DNA from: an uncultured Chloroflexia bacterium
Lineage (GTDB): Bacteria > Chloroflexota > Dehalococcoidia > UBA2979
Assembly (NCBI GenBank): GCA_963728205.1
Contig: CAVSIV010000006.1
Coordinates: 672,001 to 736,000 of the forward strand
Direction of reading: 5' to 3'
Length of the DNA stretch: 64,000 nt
Made by a program: the position numbers and the translations under genes. Below, piece after piece: positions 28,451 to 39,747 of the stretch. The notes under the pieces were generated by a model. That model ran no database searches and was not told the origin of the DNA. It saw only the letters and a list, made by a program, of their open reading frames with translations. Every line of letters starts with the position of its first letter. Within the stretch, counting starts at the first letter, position 1.

Positions 28451-28527
28451 CAGCGGCGGCAGACATGCCGCCGACCGGTCGCGGCCCGAGGGCCGCGTTG
28501 GCGTCGGCGGCATGTCTGCCGCCGCTT
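28451..28527. repeat. REPIN-like element abutting the recF stop
   Basis: Two inverted REPs; the terminal GCCGCTTA overlaps the TAA. Confidence 0.88.
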
Positions 28528-29695
28528 AGGTTCGCGTCACCGACCCCTCCGCCAGCCGGTACCGCGTCGCGCCGGGGAGTTCCGATGCCGACGGGCGGTC
28601 CTCGTCGGGCGTCGTGATGATCACCTGGTCGACCCCGTACGCCACGCCGAGCACCCGCTCGCGGCGGCGCGCGTCGAGCTCCGACAGGATGTCGTCGAGC
28701 AGCAGCACCGGCGGGTCGCCGGTGCGGTCCACCGACAGCGCCACCTCGGCCAGCCGCAGCGCGAGCGCCACGGTGCGCTGCTGCCCGCGCGACGCGAACG
28801 CCGCCGCCTCGCGGTCGTCGATCGCGAACGACACGTCGTCGCGGTGCGGGCCGATGCGCGTCATGCCGCGATCGATGTCGGCGCCGCGGCCGGCCTCGAA
28901 CGCCGCGCGCAGCCGCTCCGCGAGATCGTGCTCGGCCAGCGCCGCCGAGACGTCGTCGGGGACGGCCGGCCGGTAGCAGATCGCCAGCCGCTCGCCGGGC
29001 GGGCCGAGCTCCGCGTAGCGCTCGGCGGCATCGCGCCCCAGCCGGTGCAGCGCCGACGCGCGCCCGGCCAGCAGCACCGCGCCCGCCGCGGCCAGCTCCT
29101 CGTCCCAGAACTCGAGCTGGTCGGCGCCGCGCGACCGCCGCTCCTGCAGCCGCCGCAGCAGGCTGTTGCGCTGCTGCAGCACGCGCGCGTAGCGCTGCGA
29201 TGCCCGCACGTACGCCGGGTCGATCTGCGCCAGCGTGATGTCGAGATAGCGGCGCCGCAGCGCCGGCGGGCCCTCGACGATGCGCATGTCCTCCGCCGAG
29301 AACATCACCACGCGCAGGTGGCCGATCAGGTCGGACGCGCGCCGGGCGATGCCGTTCACCCGGAAGCGTCGCGACGCCCGCAGCCCCGCCGCACCGGTCG
29401 CGTGCTCGCCGCCGATCACCGCGACCTCGAGCGTCGTCCGGCCGGCCGCCGTCGTCACCTCGGCCTCCAGGCGCGCCGCCGGCAGCGGGTCCTCTGCGAC
29501 CGATTGCCAGGAGATGAGGTCGGCGTCGGTGCCCGGTCGCGCGCTGCGCGTCGTCGCGAGCAGCGCGATCGACTCCAGCAGGTTCGTCTTGCCGCTCGCG
29601 TTCGCGCCCACGACGAGGTGCGCGCCGCGCGTCAGCTCGAGCTCGAGCCGGCGGAAGGTGCGCACGTTGGTGAGTTCGAGGCGCGCGAGGTGCAT
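28526..29695 (-). CDS. recF: DNA replication/repair protein RecF
   Basis: GANASGKTNLLE, GPHRDD, SRGQQR, LLLDDILSELD. Confidence 0.95.
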   Translation of the reverse strand: MHLARLELTNVRTFRRLELELTRGAHLVVGANASGKTNLLESIALLATTRSARPGTDADLISWQSVAEDPLPAARLEAEVTTAAGRTTLEVAVIGGEHATGAAGLRASRRFRVNGIARRASDLIGHLRVVMFSAEDMRIVEGPPALRRRYLDITLAQIDPAYVRASQRYARVLQQRNSLLRRLQERRSRGADQLEFWDEELAAAGAVLLAGRASALHRLGRDAAERYAELGPPGERLAICYRPAVPDDVSAALAEHDLAERLRAAFEAGRGADIDRGMTRIGPHRDDVSFAIDDREAAAFASRGQQRTVALALRLAEVALSVDRTGDPPVLLLDDILSELDARRRERVLGVAYGVDQVIITTPDEDRPSASELPGATRYRLAEGSVTRT

Positions 29696-29749
29696 GCCCG
29701 TCGATTATGCACGACGTCGCCGTTCGCCGCGGGCCTCGGGGTGGCCGGC

Positions 29750-31168
29750 TCAGCCCGCTGACGCGGGGCCGTTCGCCGCGGCGCGGAGGGCCACGCAGAA
29801 CCGCGCGCCGCCGCCGGGCACGTCCTCGACCCAGATGCGTCCGCCCTGCAGCTGCGTCAGCCGTCGCGCGACGGCGAGCCCCAGCCCGGAGCCGGGCACC
29901 TCCGCCGCGCCCGCGCGGCGCACGCGGTAGTACGACTCGAAGATGCGCTTGCGATCCGCGGGGTCGACGCCGGGTCCCGAGTCGTCGACCTCGATGCGCA
30001 CCTCGCCGCTGGCCGGCATCGCCGTGCGCACGACGATCTCGCCGCCCATCGGCGTGTGCCGGTTCGCGTTCGAGAGGAGGTTCAGCATCACCTGCTCGAG
30101 GTGACGGCGGTCCGCGGTCGCGTAGACCGCGTGCTCCGGCAGCTCCAGGCGCAGCGATTGCTCGCGCAGCATGAACGCCGGCCGCAGCACCGTCTCCGCG
30201 ACGCGCAGCGCCTCGCAGACGTCGACCGGCGCGGGGTCGAAGCGAAGGATGTCGGCGTCCGGGCGGCCGAGCTCGAGCAGGTCGTTGATGAGCGAAGTGA
30301 GCCAATCGACGCCGCGCGTGAGCGACGTCATCAGCTCGCCATGGCCACCCGCCGCGTCGTCGGCGCCCTCGGCCGTGATCAAATCCGCGAACGCGTGGAT
30401 CGAGGTGAGGGGCGTGCGCACCTCGTGGGCGATCGCGGCGAGGAATTCGCGGTGGCGCTGTGCCTGGTCCTCGAGCTCGCGCTCGCGCGCGTACGCCGCT
30501 TCGTAGAGCTCGGCCTGGTGCAGGATCGCGGCGAGCGGGCGGCTCGTCAGTTCGAGCAGCGCGGGATCGCGCAACGCACCGGCACGCGTCGCCGCGAGGG
30601 CCAGCACGCCGATCACCTCCTCGCCGCCGAGCAGGGGGACCGTCGCCAGCCACGGCCGGCGACCGAGGGCCGGCAGCAGCGGGTCGACCCAGGGATGCGC
30701 CTCGCGCACGCGTCGGAGCGTCGGCACCGGCGAGTCGTCGCCGAGCGGGACGTCCGGCGCGCCGTCGACCCACCCCGCGGGGTAGCCGGACGCGACGAGC
30801 GGGCGCAGCTCCGGCCCGCCGGCGTCGACGAGGGCGATCAGGCCGGCGTCGGCGAGCCCGGCCGCGACGAGCGCCGTCAGCGCGACGGCGGCGGCCTCCC
30901 GGATGCGTCGCGGCTCGCTGGCGAGATCAAGCAGCAGCGTCGCGAGCGCCAGCCGGCGGCGCTCGCGCATCAGCGAATGGAGGTGCGCGTAGACCGCCGC
31001 GAGCAGCAGCACGGCGAGCGCGACGTCGACCGCGGCCACCGGGGCGTCGAGCGCCTCGCGTCGGCCGAGCGTGATCGCGAAGTGCGCCGCGAGCACCACG
31101 AGGGCGACGACGAGCGCGACGAGCCGCAGACGCGCGCCCTGCCGCGTGATCGCCGCGAAGGCGCTCAT
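29750..31168 (-). CDS. Sensor histidine kinase (2 TM, GAF, HisKA, HATPase)
   Basis: HEVRTPLT, NLLSNA, DSGPG, GSGLGL. Confidence 0.92.
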   Translation of the reverse strand: MSAFAAITRQGARLRLVALVVALVVLAAHFAITLGRREALDAPVAAVDVALAVLLLAAVYAHLHSLMRERRRLALATLLLDLASEPRRIREAAAVALTALVAAGLADAGLIALVDAGGPELRPLVASGYPAGWVDGAPDVPLGDDSPVPTLRRVREAHPWVDPLLPALGRRPWLATVPLLGGEEVIGVLALAATRAGALRDPALLELTSRPLAAILHQAELYEAAYARERELEDQAQRHREFLAAIAHEVRTPLTSIHAFADLITAEGADDAAGGHGELMTSLTRGVDWLTSLINDLLELGRPDADILRFDPAPVDVCEALRVAETVLRPAFMLREQSLRLELPEHAVYATADRRHLEQVMLNLLSNANRHTPMGGEIVVRTAMPASGEVRIEVDDSGPGVDPADRKRIFESYYRVRRAGAAEVPGSGLGLAVARRLTQLQGGRIWVEDVPGGGARFCVALRAAANGPASAG

Positions 31169-31276
31169 CGCGTCGGCCCCGAGCGCGACCGCCGTCCGGG
31201 CGCGCCGCCCGCCGGTCCGTGGTTCACGAGATGCCCGTCCACCCCCGCCGCGGGGGCCCCCGGGGTTGGCGGCAGC

Positions 31277-32662
31277 TTAACCGAGCGCGACGCGCAGGGT
31301 GCGTTCCGCCGCCGAGCTGCCTTCGACGTGCGCGCGCTGTCCGAGTCGCCCGGCGAGTCCCGCCGCGATCTCGGTCGACGTCACGGGTTCGCGCAGCTGC
31401 AGGCGCAGTCGCGCCTCGCCCTGCGAGTACGCCTCGACGGTGGCCTCGCGCACGGCGCCCAGGTGGGCGAGTGCGTCCTGCACCCGCATCAGGCCCTGGA
31501 AGCCGGCCACCGGGGAGACGCGCAGCGTGACCGAGCCCGCGTCCGGGGAGAAGCGGTCGCCGGCGGCTTCGGTCTCGGGCTGCGGCGACTCCGCGCGGGG
31601 CGGCGGGGCGCCGGCGGGCGGCTCGGCCGGGCGGTACGACGACCCGGCAGGGGGCGCGGCGGGGGGCACATTCTGGCCGACGGCCTCGCGCAGCGGCTCG
31701 CCGCGGCCGGGCTCGAAGGGCGTCGGCGGGGGCGGCGCGGACGGCCTGGGCGCGGGCTCGACGGGAGCGGCCTCACGCGGCGCCGCGGGCGGGGGCGGCC
31801 GCGCGGCGGAGCCGGCGGAACGACGGAGAGCGTGCGCGCGGGCGGCGGCTCGACGGCGGCCGCGGGCGGCTCCGCGCGATACGGCGGCGCGGCGGGCGGC
31901 TCCGCGCGATACGGCGGCGCGGCGGGCGGCGGCGCGGCCGACGCGGCGGGCTCGTAGGCGAGGCGCTCGAGCGGCGGCGGAACCGCGGGACGCGGCGGGT
32001 AGGCGGGCTCGAAGTCGGCGCGCGACGTCTCCGGCGCGTAGGCGGGACGCCGCGGCGGCGGCGGCGGGCGGCGGCGGCATCGGCGCGGCGGGCGGCGCGA
32101 CGGTGGGCGCCGGCCGTGCCGCCGCCGGCGCGGACGCGCCCCCCGCGCCCGCTCCGCGCAGCAGCGACTCGATGCGCTCGAGGCGCGCGCGGATGTCGCG
32201 CACCTCGCCGGTCAGCACCGTCAGCGACTGCTGCACCGCGGCGATCGCCGGGTCGGCCCCACGGCCGAGCAGCTCGCGCGCCTGCGCGACGGAGTCGTCG
32301 ATGATGCGGTGGGCGCGCTCGCGGGCATCCTCGAGGATCAGCTCGACGTCGGCGGCGGCGGCGGCGGTCGACGGCACGTCCGTGGCGGGCACGCCGTGCG
32401 CGCCCGGCGGGCGCGGCGCGCTGCCGGCGCGCGGCGACTGCGGCAGCGGCGTGCGCGCGGGAGGCGGCGCCGCCGCCGGCGGGTGCGCCGACGCGCGCTC
32501 GGCGCCGTCGCCGCCGCGCGGCCCGTCGCCCCCAATCGTCACGAGCAGCAATCCCAGCGCGCGCAGCACGGCGCCGAAGCGCTCCTCGGCCGACTGCGCC
32601 AGCCGGCCGGCGCCGCTCTCCGCACCACGAAGCTCGCGCAGGAGTTCGTCGTCATAGGGCAT
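31277..32662 (-). CDS. Coiled-coil + Pro-rich + small C-terminal alpha/beta domain protein; probable compensating frameshifts in the middle
   Basis: ILEDARERAHRIIDDS coiled coil; C-terminal VTLRVSPVAGFQGLMRVQDAL. Confidence 0.65.
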   Translation of the reverse strand: MPYDDELLRELRGAESGAGRLAQSAEERFGAVLRALGLLLVTIGGDGPRGGDGAERASAHPPAAAPPPARTPLPQSPRAGSAPRPPGAHGVPATDVPSTAAAAADVELILEDARERAHRIIDDSVAQARELLGRGADPAIAAVQQSLTVLTGEVRDIRARLERIESLLRGAGAGGASAPAAARPAPTVAPPAAPMPPPPAAAAAASRLRAGDVARRLRARLPAASRGSAAARAPRLRARRVGRAAARRAAVSRGAARRAAVSRGAARGRRRAAARAHALRRSAGSAARPPPPAAPREAAPVEPAPRPSAPPPPTPFEPGRGEPLREAVGQNVPPAAPPAGSSYRPAEPPAGAPPPRAESPQPETEAAGDRFSPDAGSVTLRVSPVAGFQGLMRVQDALAHLGAVREATVEAYSQGEARLRLQLREPVTSTEIAAGLAGRLGQRAHVEGSSAAERTLRVALG

Positions 32663-32684
32663 CGCTGAACCGTTCGTCCCGTCG

Positions 32685-33395
<711 letters not shown>

Positions 33396-33601
33396 TGTGC
33401 GCAGTGTAGCGATCCATATCGGGCGCGTGTACCCCGGGAGGGACCGCGCGGGCGCCGGCGAGCGCGCGATGTTGCTGCGCCGACGGCGCTTCCCGCTGGG
33501 GGGATTTCGTGTAGACTGCGCGCGTCTCAGAGCCCCCAACCCAGCCACCGCAGCGCATAGCACCATGCGTGGTTTCGCGACGCGGCCCACATGGAGGTCG
33601 A

Positions 33602-34555
33602 ATGCAGAAGTACATCATCCGACGCCTTGTCCTGATGATCCCGACGCTCTTCGGGCTGACGTTCCTGGTGTTCACGATGGTGCGGCTGATGCCCGGCGAC
33701 ATCGTCGCGCTGATTGCCGGCGACTACGGGGCAACGAGTCAGGCGACGCGACAGGCGATCCTGAAGGACTTCCAGCTCGACAAGAACATTCCCGAGCAAT
33801 ACGTGATCTGGCTCGGCCAGGTGAGCCGGCTGAACATCGGCCGCTCGCTCATCAGTGGCCGCAGCGTCCAGAGCGAGCTCGGGTCGCGGCTGCCGGTCAC
33901 GCTCGAGCTCGGCGTGCTGGCGCTGCTGTTCTCCGTGGCGATGGGCATCCCGATCGGGATCCTGTCCGCGGTCAAACAGGACAGTGTGGCGGACTATACG
34001 GGCCGGAGCTTAGCCATCGGCCTGCTGGCCGCGCCCAACTTCTGGATCGCGCTCGTGCTGATCGCGCTCGCGGGCAGATATTTCAGATGGGGCGTCCCAC
34101 CAACAACCTATGTCGGGTTGACCGAGAACCCGATCGCCAACCTCAAGCTGATGGCCATCCCGGCGATGCTGCTGGGAGCGGCCTCGTCCGGCGGCGTGAT
34201 GCGGTTCACACGCACCGCCATGCTCGAGGTGCTGCGCCAGGACTACATCCGGACGGCGCGCTCCAAGGGCCTCGCCGACCGCGTCGTGATCATCCGGCAC
34301 GCGCTGAAGAACGCGCTGATCCCGGTGATCACGGTCATCGGACTGAGCGTGCCGACGCTCGTCGGCGGCTCGGTCATCATCGAGAGCGTGTACTCGATCC
34401 CCGGCATGGGGCGGTACTACATCTCCGCGATTAACCAGCTCGACTTCCCGGTCGTGCAGGCCATCAACCTCGTGACCGCGATGGCGGTGATCATGGCCAA
34501 CCTCGGCGTGGACATCACCTACTCGTGGCTGAACCCGCGGATCAGGTACTCCTAA
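33602..34555 (+). CDS. Peptide/nickel ABC transporter permease (DppB-like)
   Basis: PGD, RLPVTLEL, DYIRTARSKGL, RHALKNA. Confidence 0.93.
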   Translation: MQKYIIRRLVLMIPTLFGLTFLVFTMVRLMPGDIVALIAGDYGATSQATRQAILKDFQLDKNIPEQYVIWLGQVSRLNIGRSLISGRSVQSELGSRLPVTLELGVLALLFSVAMGIPIGILSAVKQDSVADYTGRSLAIGLLAAPNFWIALVLIALAGRYFRWGVPPTTYVGLTENPIANLKLMAIPAMLLGAASSGGVMRFTRTAMLEVLRQDYIRTARSKGLADRVVIIRHALKNALIPVITVIGLSVPTLVGGSVIIESVYSIPGMGRYYISAINQLDFPVVQAINLVTAMAVIMANLGVDITYSWLNPRIRYS

Positions 34556-35475
34556 TGGCGACCAACGCGCTCGACACCGGCGCCTTCTTCGCGGCCCCGG
34601 CACCGTTCTACCGCCGCTACCCGTCGACCACCTGGCGGTTCATCCGGCAGTACCCGCTCGGCGCCTTCGGCGCGCTGATCGTGATCATCCTGCTGGCGAT
34701 GGCCGCCGTGCCGGCGGTGTTCACGCCGCTCTCCGCACAGGACCCGCTGAAGCAGGCGATCATCGATCGCCTGCAGGGTCCGTCGCTCGCCCACTGGTTC
34801 GGCACCGACGAGCTCGGGCGTGACATGTACTCGCGCATCGTCTACGGCGCGCGCACGTCGATCATCATCGGGTTCGGCGTCGTGTTCCTCAGCCAGATCC
34901 TCGCGATGACGTTCGGCACCGTGTCGGGTTACCGCGGCGGCGCGTTCGACACCGTCTTCCAGCGCTTCATCGACATCGGGCAGGCCATGCCCGGCCTGGT
35001 CTTCGTCATCCTCGTGCTCGTCACGCTGCGCAGCCGCATCGGCGACATCGGCGCCATCGTCCTCTCGGTCGGCCTGCTCATCGCGACGGGTTCGTCACGC
35101 ACGATCAGAGGTGTCGCGCTCTCGATTGCGACCGAGCAATACGTCGAAGCGGCACGCGCGCTGGGCGCACGTGACATCCGCATCATGTTCCGGCACGTCA
35201 TACCGAACCTGTTCTCCATCGTGCTGGTGAGCGCGTCGATCCTGGTGGGCAGCGCGGTGCTGATCGAGGCGGCGCTGTCGTTCCTGGGCTACGGCGTGCA
35301 GCCGCCGACCCCGAGCTGGGGCCGCATGCTGAACGACGCGCGCCAGAACCTCGTGCGCGCGCCGCACCTCGCGATCTTCCCGGGCCTCGTGATCTTCTTC
35401 ACGGTCTACAGCTTCAACATGCTGGGCGACGCCCTGCGCGACAAGCTGGACCCGCGCCTGCGGGGCTCGAAGTAG
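34555..35475 (+). CDS. Peptide/nickel ABC transporter permease (DppC-like)
   Basis: FGTDELGRD, YVEAARALGA, GDALRDKLDPR. Confidence 0.93.
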   Translation: MATNALDTGAFFAAPAPFYRRYPSTTWRFIRQYPLGAFGALIVIILLAMAAVPAVFTPLSAQDPLKQAIIDRLQGPSLAHWFGTDELGRDMYSRIVYGARTSIIIGFGVVFLSQILAMTFGTVSGYRGGAFDTVFQRFIDIGQAMPGLVFVILVLVTLRSRIGDIGAIVLSVGLLIATGSSRTIRGVALSIATEQYVEAARALGARDIRIMFRHVIPNLFSIVLVSASILVGSAVLIEAALSFLGYGVQPPTPSWGRMLNDARQNLVRAPHLAIFPGLVIFFTVYSFNMLGDALRDKLDPRLRGSK

Positions 35476-35505
35476 CGGGCATCGCTCGCACGGTTCCGTC
35501 CACGC

Positions 35506-35538
35506 GAAGAGCGGCGCAGATGCGCCGCTCTTCTCTTT
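35506..35538 (+). terminator. Intrinsic terminator
   Basis: GAAGAGCGGCGCA-ga-TGCGCCGCTCTTC-TCTTT. Confidence 0.8.
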
Positions 35539-35651
35539 GGCGCGCGGCAGCCTTCAGGCCTGCCGTGTGCAGTGGCCACCTCTCGCTGCCTGCGGTGGCC
35601 ACCTCAGCGGCGAGAGGTCGCCGCCTCCTGTCGAGGGAGGCACTCGCGATC

Positions 35652-35791
35652 CACGGCAGTGGCGCCGTGCGCGCATGAACGTCACCCAAAGCGGCGGCAG
35701 ATATGCCGCCGACAGAAGCGCGGCGCCAGCCGCGGACTGCGTCCGCGTCCTGTCGGCGGCATGTCTGCCGCCGCTTTGACATTCCGACGAG
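35652..35791. repeat. REPIN-like element, long subtype, inverted relative to the 15015 copy
   Basis: Includes reverse-complemented flanks gcgcatgaacgtcaccc and ttccgacgag. Confidence 0.9.
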
Positions 35792-35876
35792 CCCCCAAAC
35801 CCGCCGCGCGCCGGAGGGCGATCGTGTATCGTCCTCCGCCGGACTCGACTCCCGACCCGATCCGAAGGAGCGCGCG

Positions 35877-37541
35877 ATGCAGATGACCGGCGGCCAGGCC
35901 CTGGCGCAGTCGCTCAAGCTCGAGGGCATCGAGACGATCTTCGCGCTCCCCGGCATCCAGCTCGACTACGCCGTCGACGCGCTGTGGGAGGAGCGGGACC
36001 ACTTCAAGATCGTGCACACGCGCCACGAGCAGGCCACCGCGTACATGGCCGACGGCTTCGCGCGCACGACCGGCGAGATCGGCACGTCGCTCGTCGTGCC
36101 CGGCCCGGGGCTGCTGAACGCCGCCGCCGGGCTGTCGACCGCATACGCCTGCAGCTCGCCGGTGCTCTGCGTCTCCGGCCAGATCCAGTCGGACCAGATC
36201 GGCCTCGGCCGCGGCGCGCTGCATGAGATCAACAACCAGCTCGAGACGATCTCGTCCGTCGTGAAGCACGCCGAGCGCGCGATGACGCCGCAGGAGATCC
36301 CGGGCATGGTGCACCGCGCGATCCGCGAGCTGCAGACGGGCCGCCCGCGCCCGGTCGAGATCGAGGTCCCGCCCGACGTGCTGGGCGCCGTCGCCGACGT
36401 GACGCTGATGGAGCCGGAGGCGTACGACCGCTCGCGCGAGCACCCGGCCGACGAGGACGCGCTCGAGCGCGCGGCGCAGGTGCTCGGTCGCGCCGAGCGC
36501 CCGCTCATCTGCAGCGGCGGCGGCGTGCTCTCCGCCGGCGCGTGGGAGGAGCTGCGCGAGCTCTCGCGCATCCTCGAGGCGCCCGTGCTGATGACGAGCA
36601 ACGGCCGCGGCGCCGTCTCCGACCGCGACTACCACGCGCTCTCCGGCCAGGTCGCGACGCGTGCGCTGCTCGGCCAGGCCGACGCGATCCTCGCCGTCGG
36701 CACGCGCTTCATGGTCTCGATCAGCCCGCAGCTGGGCGGCACGATCGCCGACGGCGCGCAGGTGATCCAGGTCGACGTCGACCCCGAGGAGGTCGGCCGC
36801 AACCGCACGCCCGACATCGGCATCGTCGCCGACGCGAAGGCCGCGCTCTCCGGGCTCGTGGCCCGCGTGCCGGCGCGCAACCGCAAGCGCGAGTCACGCG
36901 AGGCCGAGCTGACCGCCGTGCGCGACGAGGCCCGACGGCGCTGGTCGGAAGCCGAGCTGCAGTCGGCATACGGGATGGTCCTGCGCGAAGAGCTGCCCGA
37001 CGACGGCATCGTGGTGAGCGAGAGCACGCAGGTCGGCTACTGGTGCAACGGCGGCGCGTTCCCCGTCTACGAGCCGCGCACGTTCCTGACGTCGGGCTAC
37101 CAGGGCACGCTCGGCTACGGCTTTGCCACGGCGCTCGGCGCGCAGGTCGGCAACCCCGACCGCAGGGTCGTCTCGATCAACGGCGACGGCGGCTTCATGT
37201 ACAACGTGCAGGAGCTGTCGACGATGGCGCAGCAGCACATCCCGCTGGTCACGGTCGTCTTCAACGACAACGCGTTCGGCAACGTCCGCCGCATCCAGAC
37301 GCTGCGCTACAACAACCACACGCTCGCGACCGAGCTGCACAACCCCGACTTCGTCACGCTCGCCGGCGCGTTCGGCATCGCCGGCTACCGCGCCGAGGGC
37401 CCCGACGCGTTCCGCAAAACGTTGCGCGAAGCGCTCGCGAACGGCCGGCCGGCGCTGATCGAGGTGCCGATGCCGCCCGCCGCCGGCCTGAGCGGCGCGT
37501 TCGCGATGGAGCCGCTGCCGCCGCGGCCGGTGCTGCATTAG
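35877..37541 (+). CDS. Thiamine-diphosphate-dependent enzyme (acetolactate synthase-like)
   Basis: RHEQ, PGPG, GDGGF...NDN ThDP motif. Confidence 0.93.
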   Translation: MQMTGGQALAQSLKLEGIETIFALPGIQLDYAVDALWEERDHFKIVHTRHEQATAYMADGFARTTGEIGTSLVVPGPGLLNAAAGLSTAYACSSPVLCVSGQIQSDQIGLGRGALHEINNQLETISSVVKHAERAMTPQEIPGMVHRAIRELQTGRPRPVEIEVPPDVLGAVADVTLMEPEAYDRSREHPADEDALERAAQVLGRAERPLICSGGGVLSAGAWEELRELSRILEAPVLMTSNGRGAVSDRDYHALSGQVATRALLGQADAILAVGTRFMVSISPQLGGTIADGAQVIQVDVDPEEVGRNRTPDIGIVADAKAALSGLVARVPARNRKRESREAELTAVRDEARRRWSEAELQSAYGMVLREELPDDGIVVSESTQVGYWCNGGAFPVYEPRTFLTSGYQGTLGYGFATALGAQVGNPDRRVVSINGDGGFMYNVQELSTMAQQHIPLVTVVFNDNAFGNVRRIQTLRYNNHTLATELHNPDFVTLAGAFGIAGYRAEGPDAFRKTLREALANGRPALIEVPMPPAAGLSGAFAMEPLPPRPVLH

Positions 37542-37661
37542 GCGCGCGGCAGAGCCCGTCCTGAGCCTCCCGAAGGGCTTCAGGCCTGGCGTGTCAGTGG
37601 CTGCACTCGCAAGGTCACGGCAGGCCCGAAGCCGGCCGCGCGCCATCGAAAGGACCACCCC

Positions 37662-38699
37662 GTGCCCGACCCGCTCCGCATCGGCCTGATCGGCGCCGGC
37701 GCCAACACCCGCCTGCGACACATCCCCGGCTTCCGCGCCATCGACGGCGTCGAGGTCGTCGCCGTGTGCAACCGCAGCGAGGAGAGCGGCCGCCGCATCG
37801 CCGACGAGTTCGGCATCGCGCGCGTCGAAACCGACCCGGCAGCGATCTTCGCCGCGGGCGACGTCGACGCCGTCTGCATCGGCACCTGGCCGTACATGCA
37901 CCGCGAGTACACCGTGCGCGCGCTCGAGGCCGGCAAGCACGTGCTCTGCGAGGCGCGCATGGCAATGGACGCGACCGAGGCCCGCACGATGCTCACCGCC
38001 GCGCAGGCGCACCCCGACCTCGTCGCGCAGATCGTGCCGGCGCCGTTCGACTTCAAGTCGTGGCCCACCATCCGACGCGCGGTCAACGACGGCACGCTCG
38101 GCGACATCCGCGAGGTGCACGTCACGCTGCTCAGCGGCCAGTCGCTGAACCTCGCCGCGCCCCCGCACTGGCGCGAGCAGACGGCGCTATCGGGCATGAA
38201 CACGATGATGTTCGGGATCCTCGTCGAGGTCGTGACCCGCTGGCTCGGCCCGACGCGGCGGGTGATGGCCGACGGCGCCACGTTCATCACCGAGCGCCGC
38301 GCGCCGGACGGCCGCACGGTCGCGCTCGACGTCCCCGACAGCCTCGGCGTGCTCGCAAACTTGGAGCGCGGCGCACGCGTCACCTACCGCGTGAGCACCG
38401 TGTTGAACGCGCCGCGCGACGTGAACGGCATCTCGATCTACGGGACGAAGGCGACGCTGCACTGGGAGATGGGCGACCGCATGAGCTTCGCCGCGCTCGG
38501 CGAGCAGCCGGCGCCGCTGGAGCCCGACGCCGGGACCGCCGGGGAATGGCGCGTCGAGCAGGACTTCGTCGACTCGATCCGCGACGGCAAGCCGGTCGAG
38601 CTGACGAACTTCGAGGACGGCGTCCACTACATGCGCGTCACCGAGGCCGTCGCGCGCAGCCGCGCCGAGGGCCGCTCCGTCGCGCTCGACGAGGTGTAG
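37662..38699 (+). CDS. Gfo/Idh/MocA oxidoreductase
   Basis: IGLIGAG, ALEAGKHVLCEARMA. Confidence 0.9.
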   Translation: MPDPLRIGLIGAGANTRLRHIPGFRAIDGVEVVAVCNRSEESGRRIADEFGIARVETDPAAIFAAGDVDAVCIGTWPYMHREYTVRALEAGKHVLCEARMAMDATEARTMLTAAQAHPDLVAQIVPAPFDFKSWPTIRRAVNDGTLGDIREVHVTLLSGQSLNLAAPPHWREQTALSGMNTMMFGILVEVVTRWLGPTRRVMADGATFITERRAPDGRTVALDVPDSLGVLANLERGARVTYRVSTVLNAPRDVNGISIYGTKATLHWEMGDRMSFAALGEQPAPLEPDAGTAGEWRVEQDFVDSIRDGKPVELTNFEDGVHYMRVTEAVARSRAEGRSVALDEV

Positions 38700-38707
38700 G
38701 CCGCGCA

Positions 38708-38811
38708 GGCGGCGGCCGAGATGCCGCCCGTGCCGGCCTCGCCCGGCGGGCCGCACTTCATGGCGTCCGACCGCCGACCGGGATCTGTCGGCGGCATGTC
38801 TGCCGCCGCTT
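38708..38811. repeat. REPIN-like element with a degenerate left arm, abutting the EEP gene stop
   Basis: gtcggcggcatgtctgccgccgctta. Confidence 0.75.
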
Positions 38812-39745
38812 AGCCGATCAGCAGCGTCGCCACGACGCCGGCATGATCCGACGCGAAGACCTCGCCGGCAGGTGCCGCGCCCACGACCGCCGCGGACACC
38901 GGCTGCACGCCGCTGCCGAGCAGCACGTGATCGATCCGGCGGCTGTACGGACCCGCCGCGGCGCGGCCGTCCTCGCAGCACGTGAGGCCGTCGCCCGTTC
39001 CGGCCGCCGCCCAGGCGTCGGCCAGCTGGCCCGTCAGCAGCGCGAACGCGGCGTCGGGCGACGGGGGACCGCAATTCAGGTCCCCGAGCAGCACGGTCGC
39101 CGGCCCGGACATCGGGCCGGCCAGCAGCTCCGCCGCCTGCGCGCGCCGAGCCTCGTCCGCGCCGGCCGTGCCCTCGAGGTGCGTGTTCACGACCCGGACC
39201 GCGCGGCCGCCGACCTCCACGTCGACTGCCGTCCAGCCCCGCGTGAGCGGGCCAATCACCGGGATCGGCAGCGACGTCGCGAAGTGCGCAGCCTCCGTCT
39301 CGAGCACGCGCGGCGGCGATGCCCCGCCCGACCGCACCAGCGTCACGTTGCGGTCGGTGAGGCGCACGCGCATCGGCTGCGGCCCCGCGAGCGGGAGCTC
39401 CGCCGCAAACGCGTCGACGCTCGCCGCCACCGCGTAGCTCAGCCCACGCAGCGTGAGTGCGTCGAGCAGCAGCTGGAGGAAGTCGAGCGCCACGTCCGTC
39501 GCCGGCCCGGGCGCGTCGAGCGGCGCCGTCTGGAAGAGGGCGACCTCCTGCAGCCCGACCACGTCCGGCTGCGCGCCGGCGATCTCGTCGGCCCACGCCT
39601 CCGCGCGCGCCGGCGGCCGGGAGGCCGCGACGTGCCCCCACGCATCCGCCGGCGAGACGCGGCCGGACATCAGCGCGTCGGGGTCGAAGCCGAACGAGAC
39701 GTTGCGCGTCGCGACCGTGAGCCGCGCGCCGGAGTTCGTCACCAC
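38810..39745 (-). CDS. Endonuclease/exonuclease/phosphatase family protein
   Basis: ATRN, GLQEV, NTHL, GDLN, RIDHV, SDH. Confidence 0.9.
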   Translation of the reverse strand: MVTNSGARLTVATRNVSFGFDPDALMSGRVSPADAWGHVAASRPPARAEAWADEIAGAQPDVVGLQEVALFQTAPLDAPGPATDVALDFLQLLLDALTLRGLSYAVAASVDAFAAELPLAGPQPMRVRLTDRNVTLVRSGGASPPRVLETEAAHFATSLPIPVIGPLTRGWTAVDVEVGGRAVRVVNTHLEGTAGADEARRAQAAELLAGPMSGPATVLLGDLNCGPPSPDAAFALLTGQLADAWAAAGTGDGLTCCEDGRAAAGPYSRRIDHVLLGSGVQPVSAAVVGAAPAGEVFASDHAGVVATLLIG

Positions 39746-39747
39746 GC

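Noticed and set aside
35703-35876. Recurrent 'MPPTEARRQPRTASAS' N-termini as a protein domain
   Set aside because: These are translations of the REPIN; better starts with family-typical N-termini lie downstream
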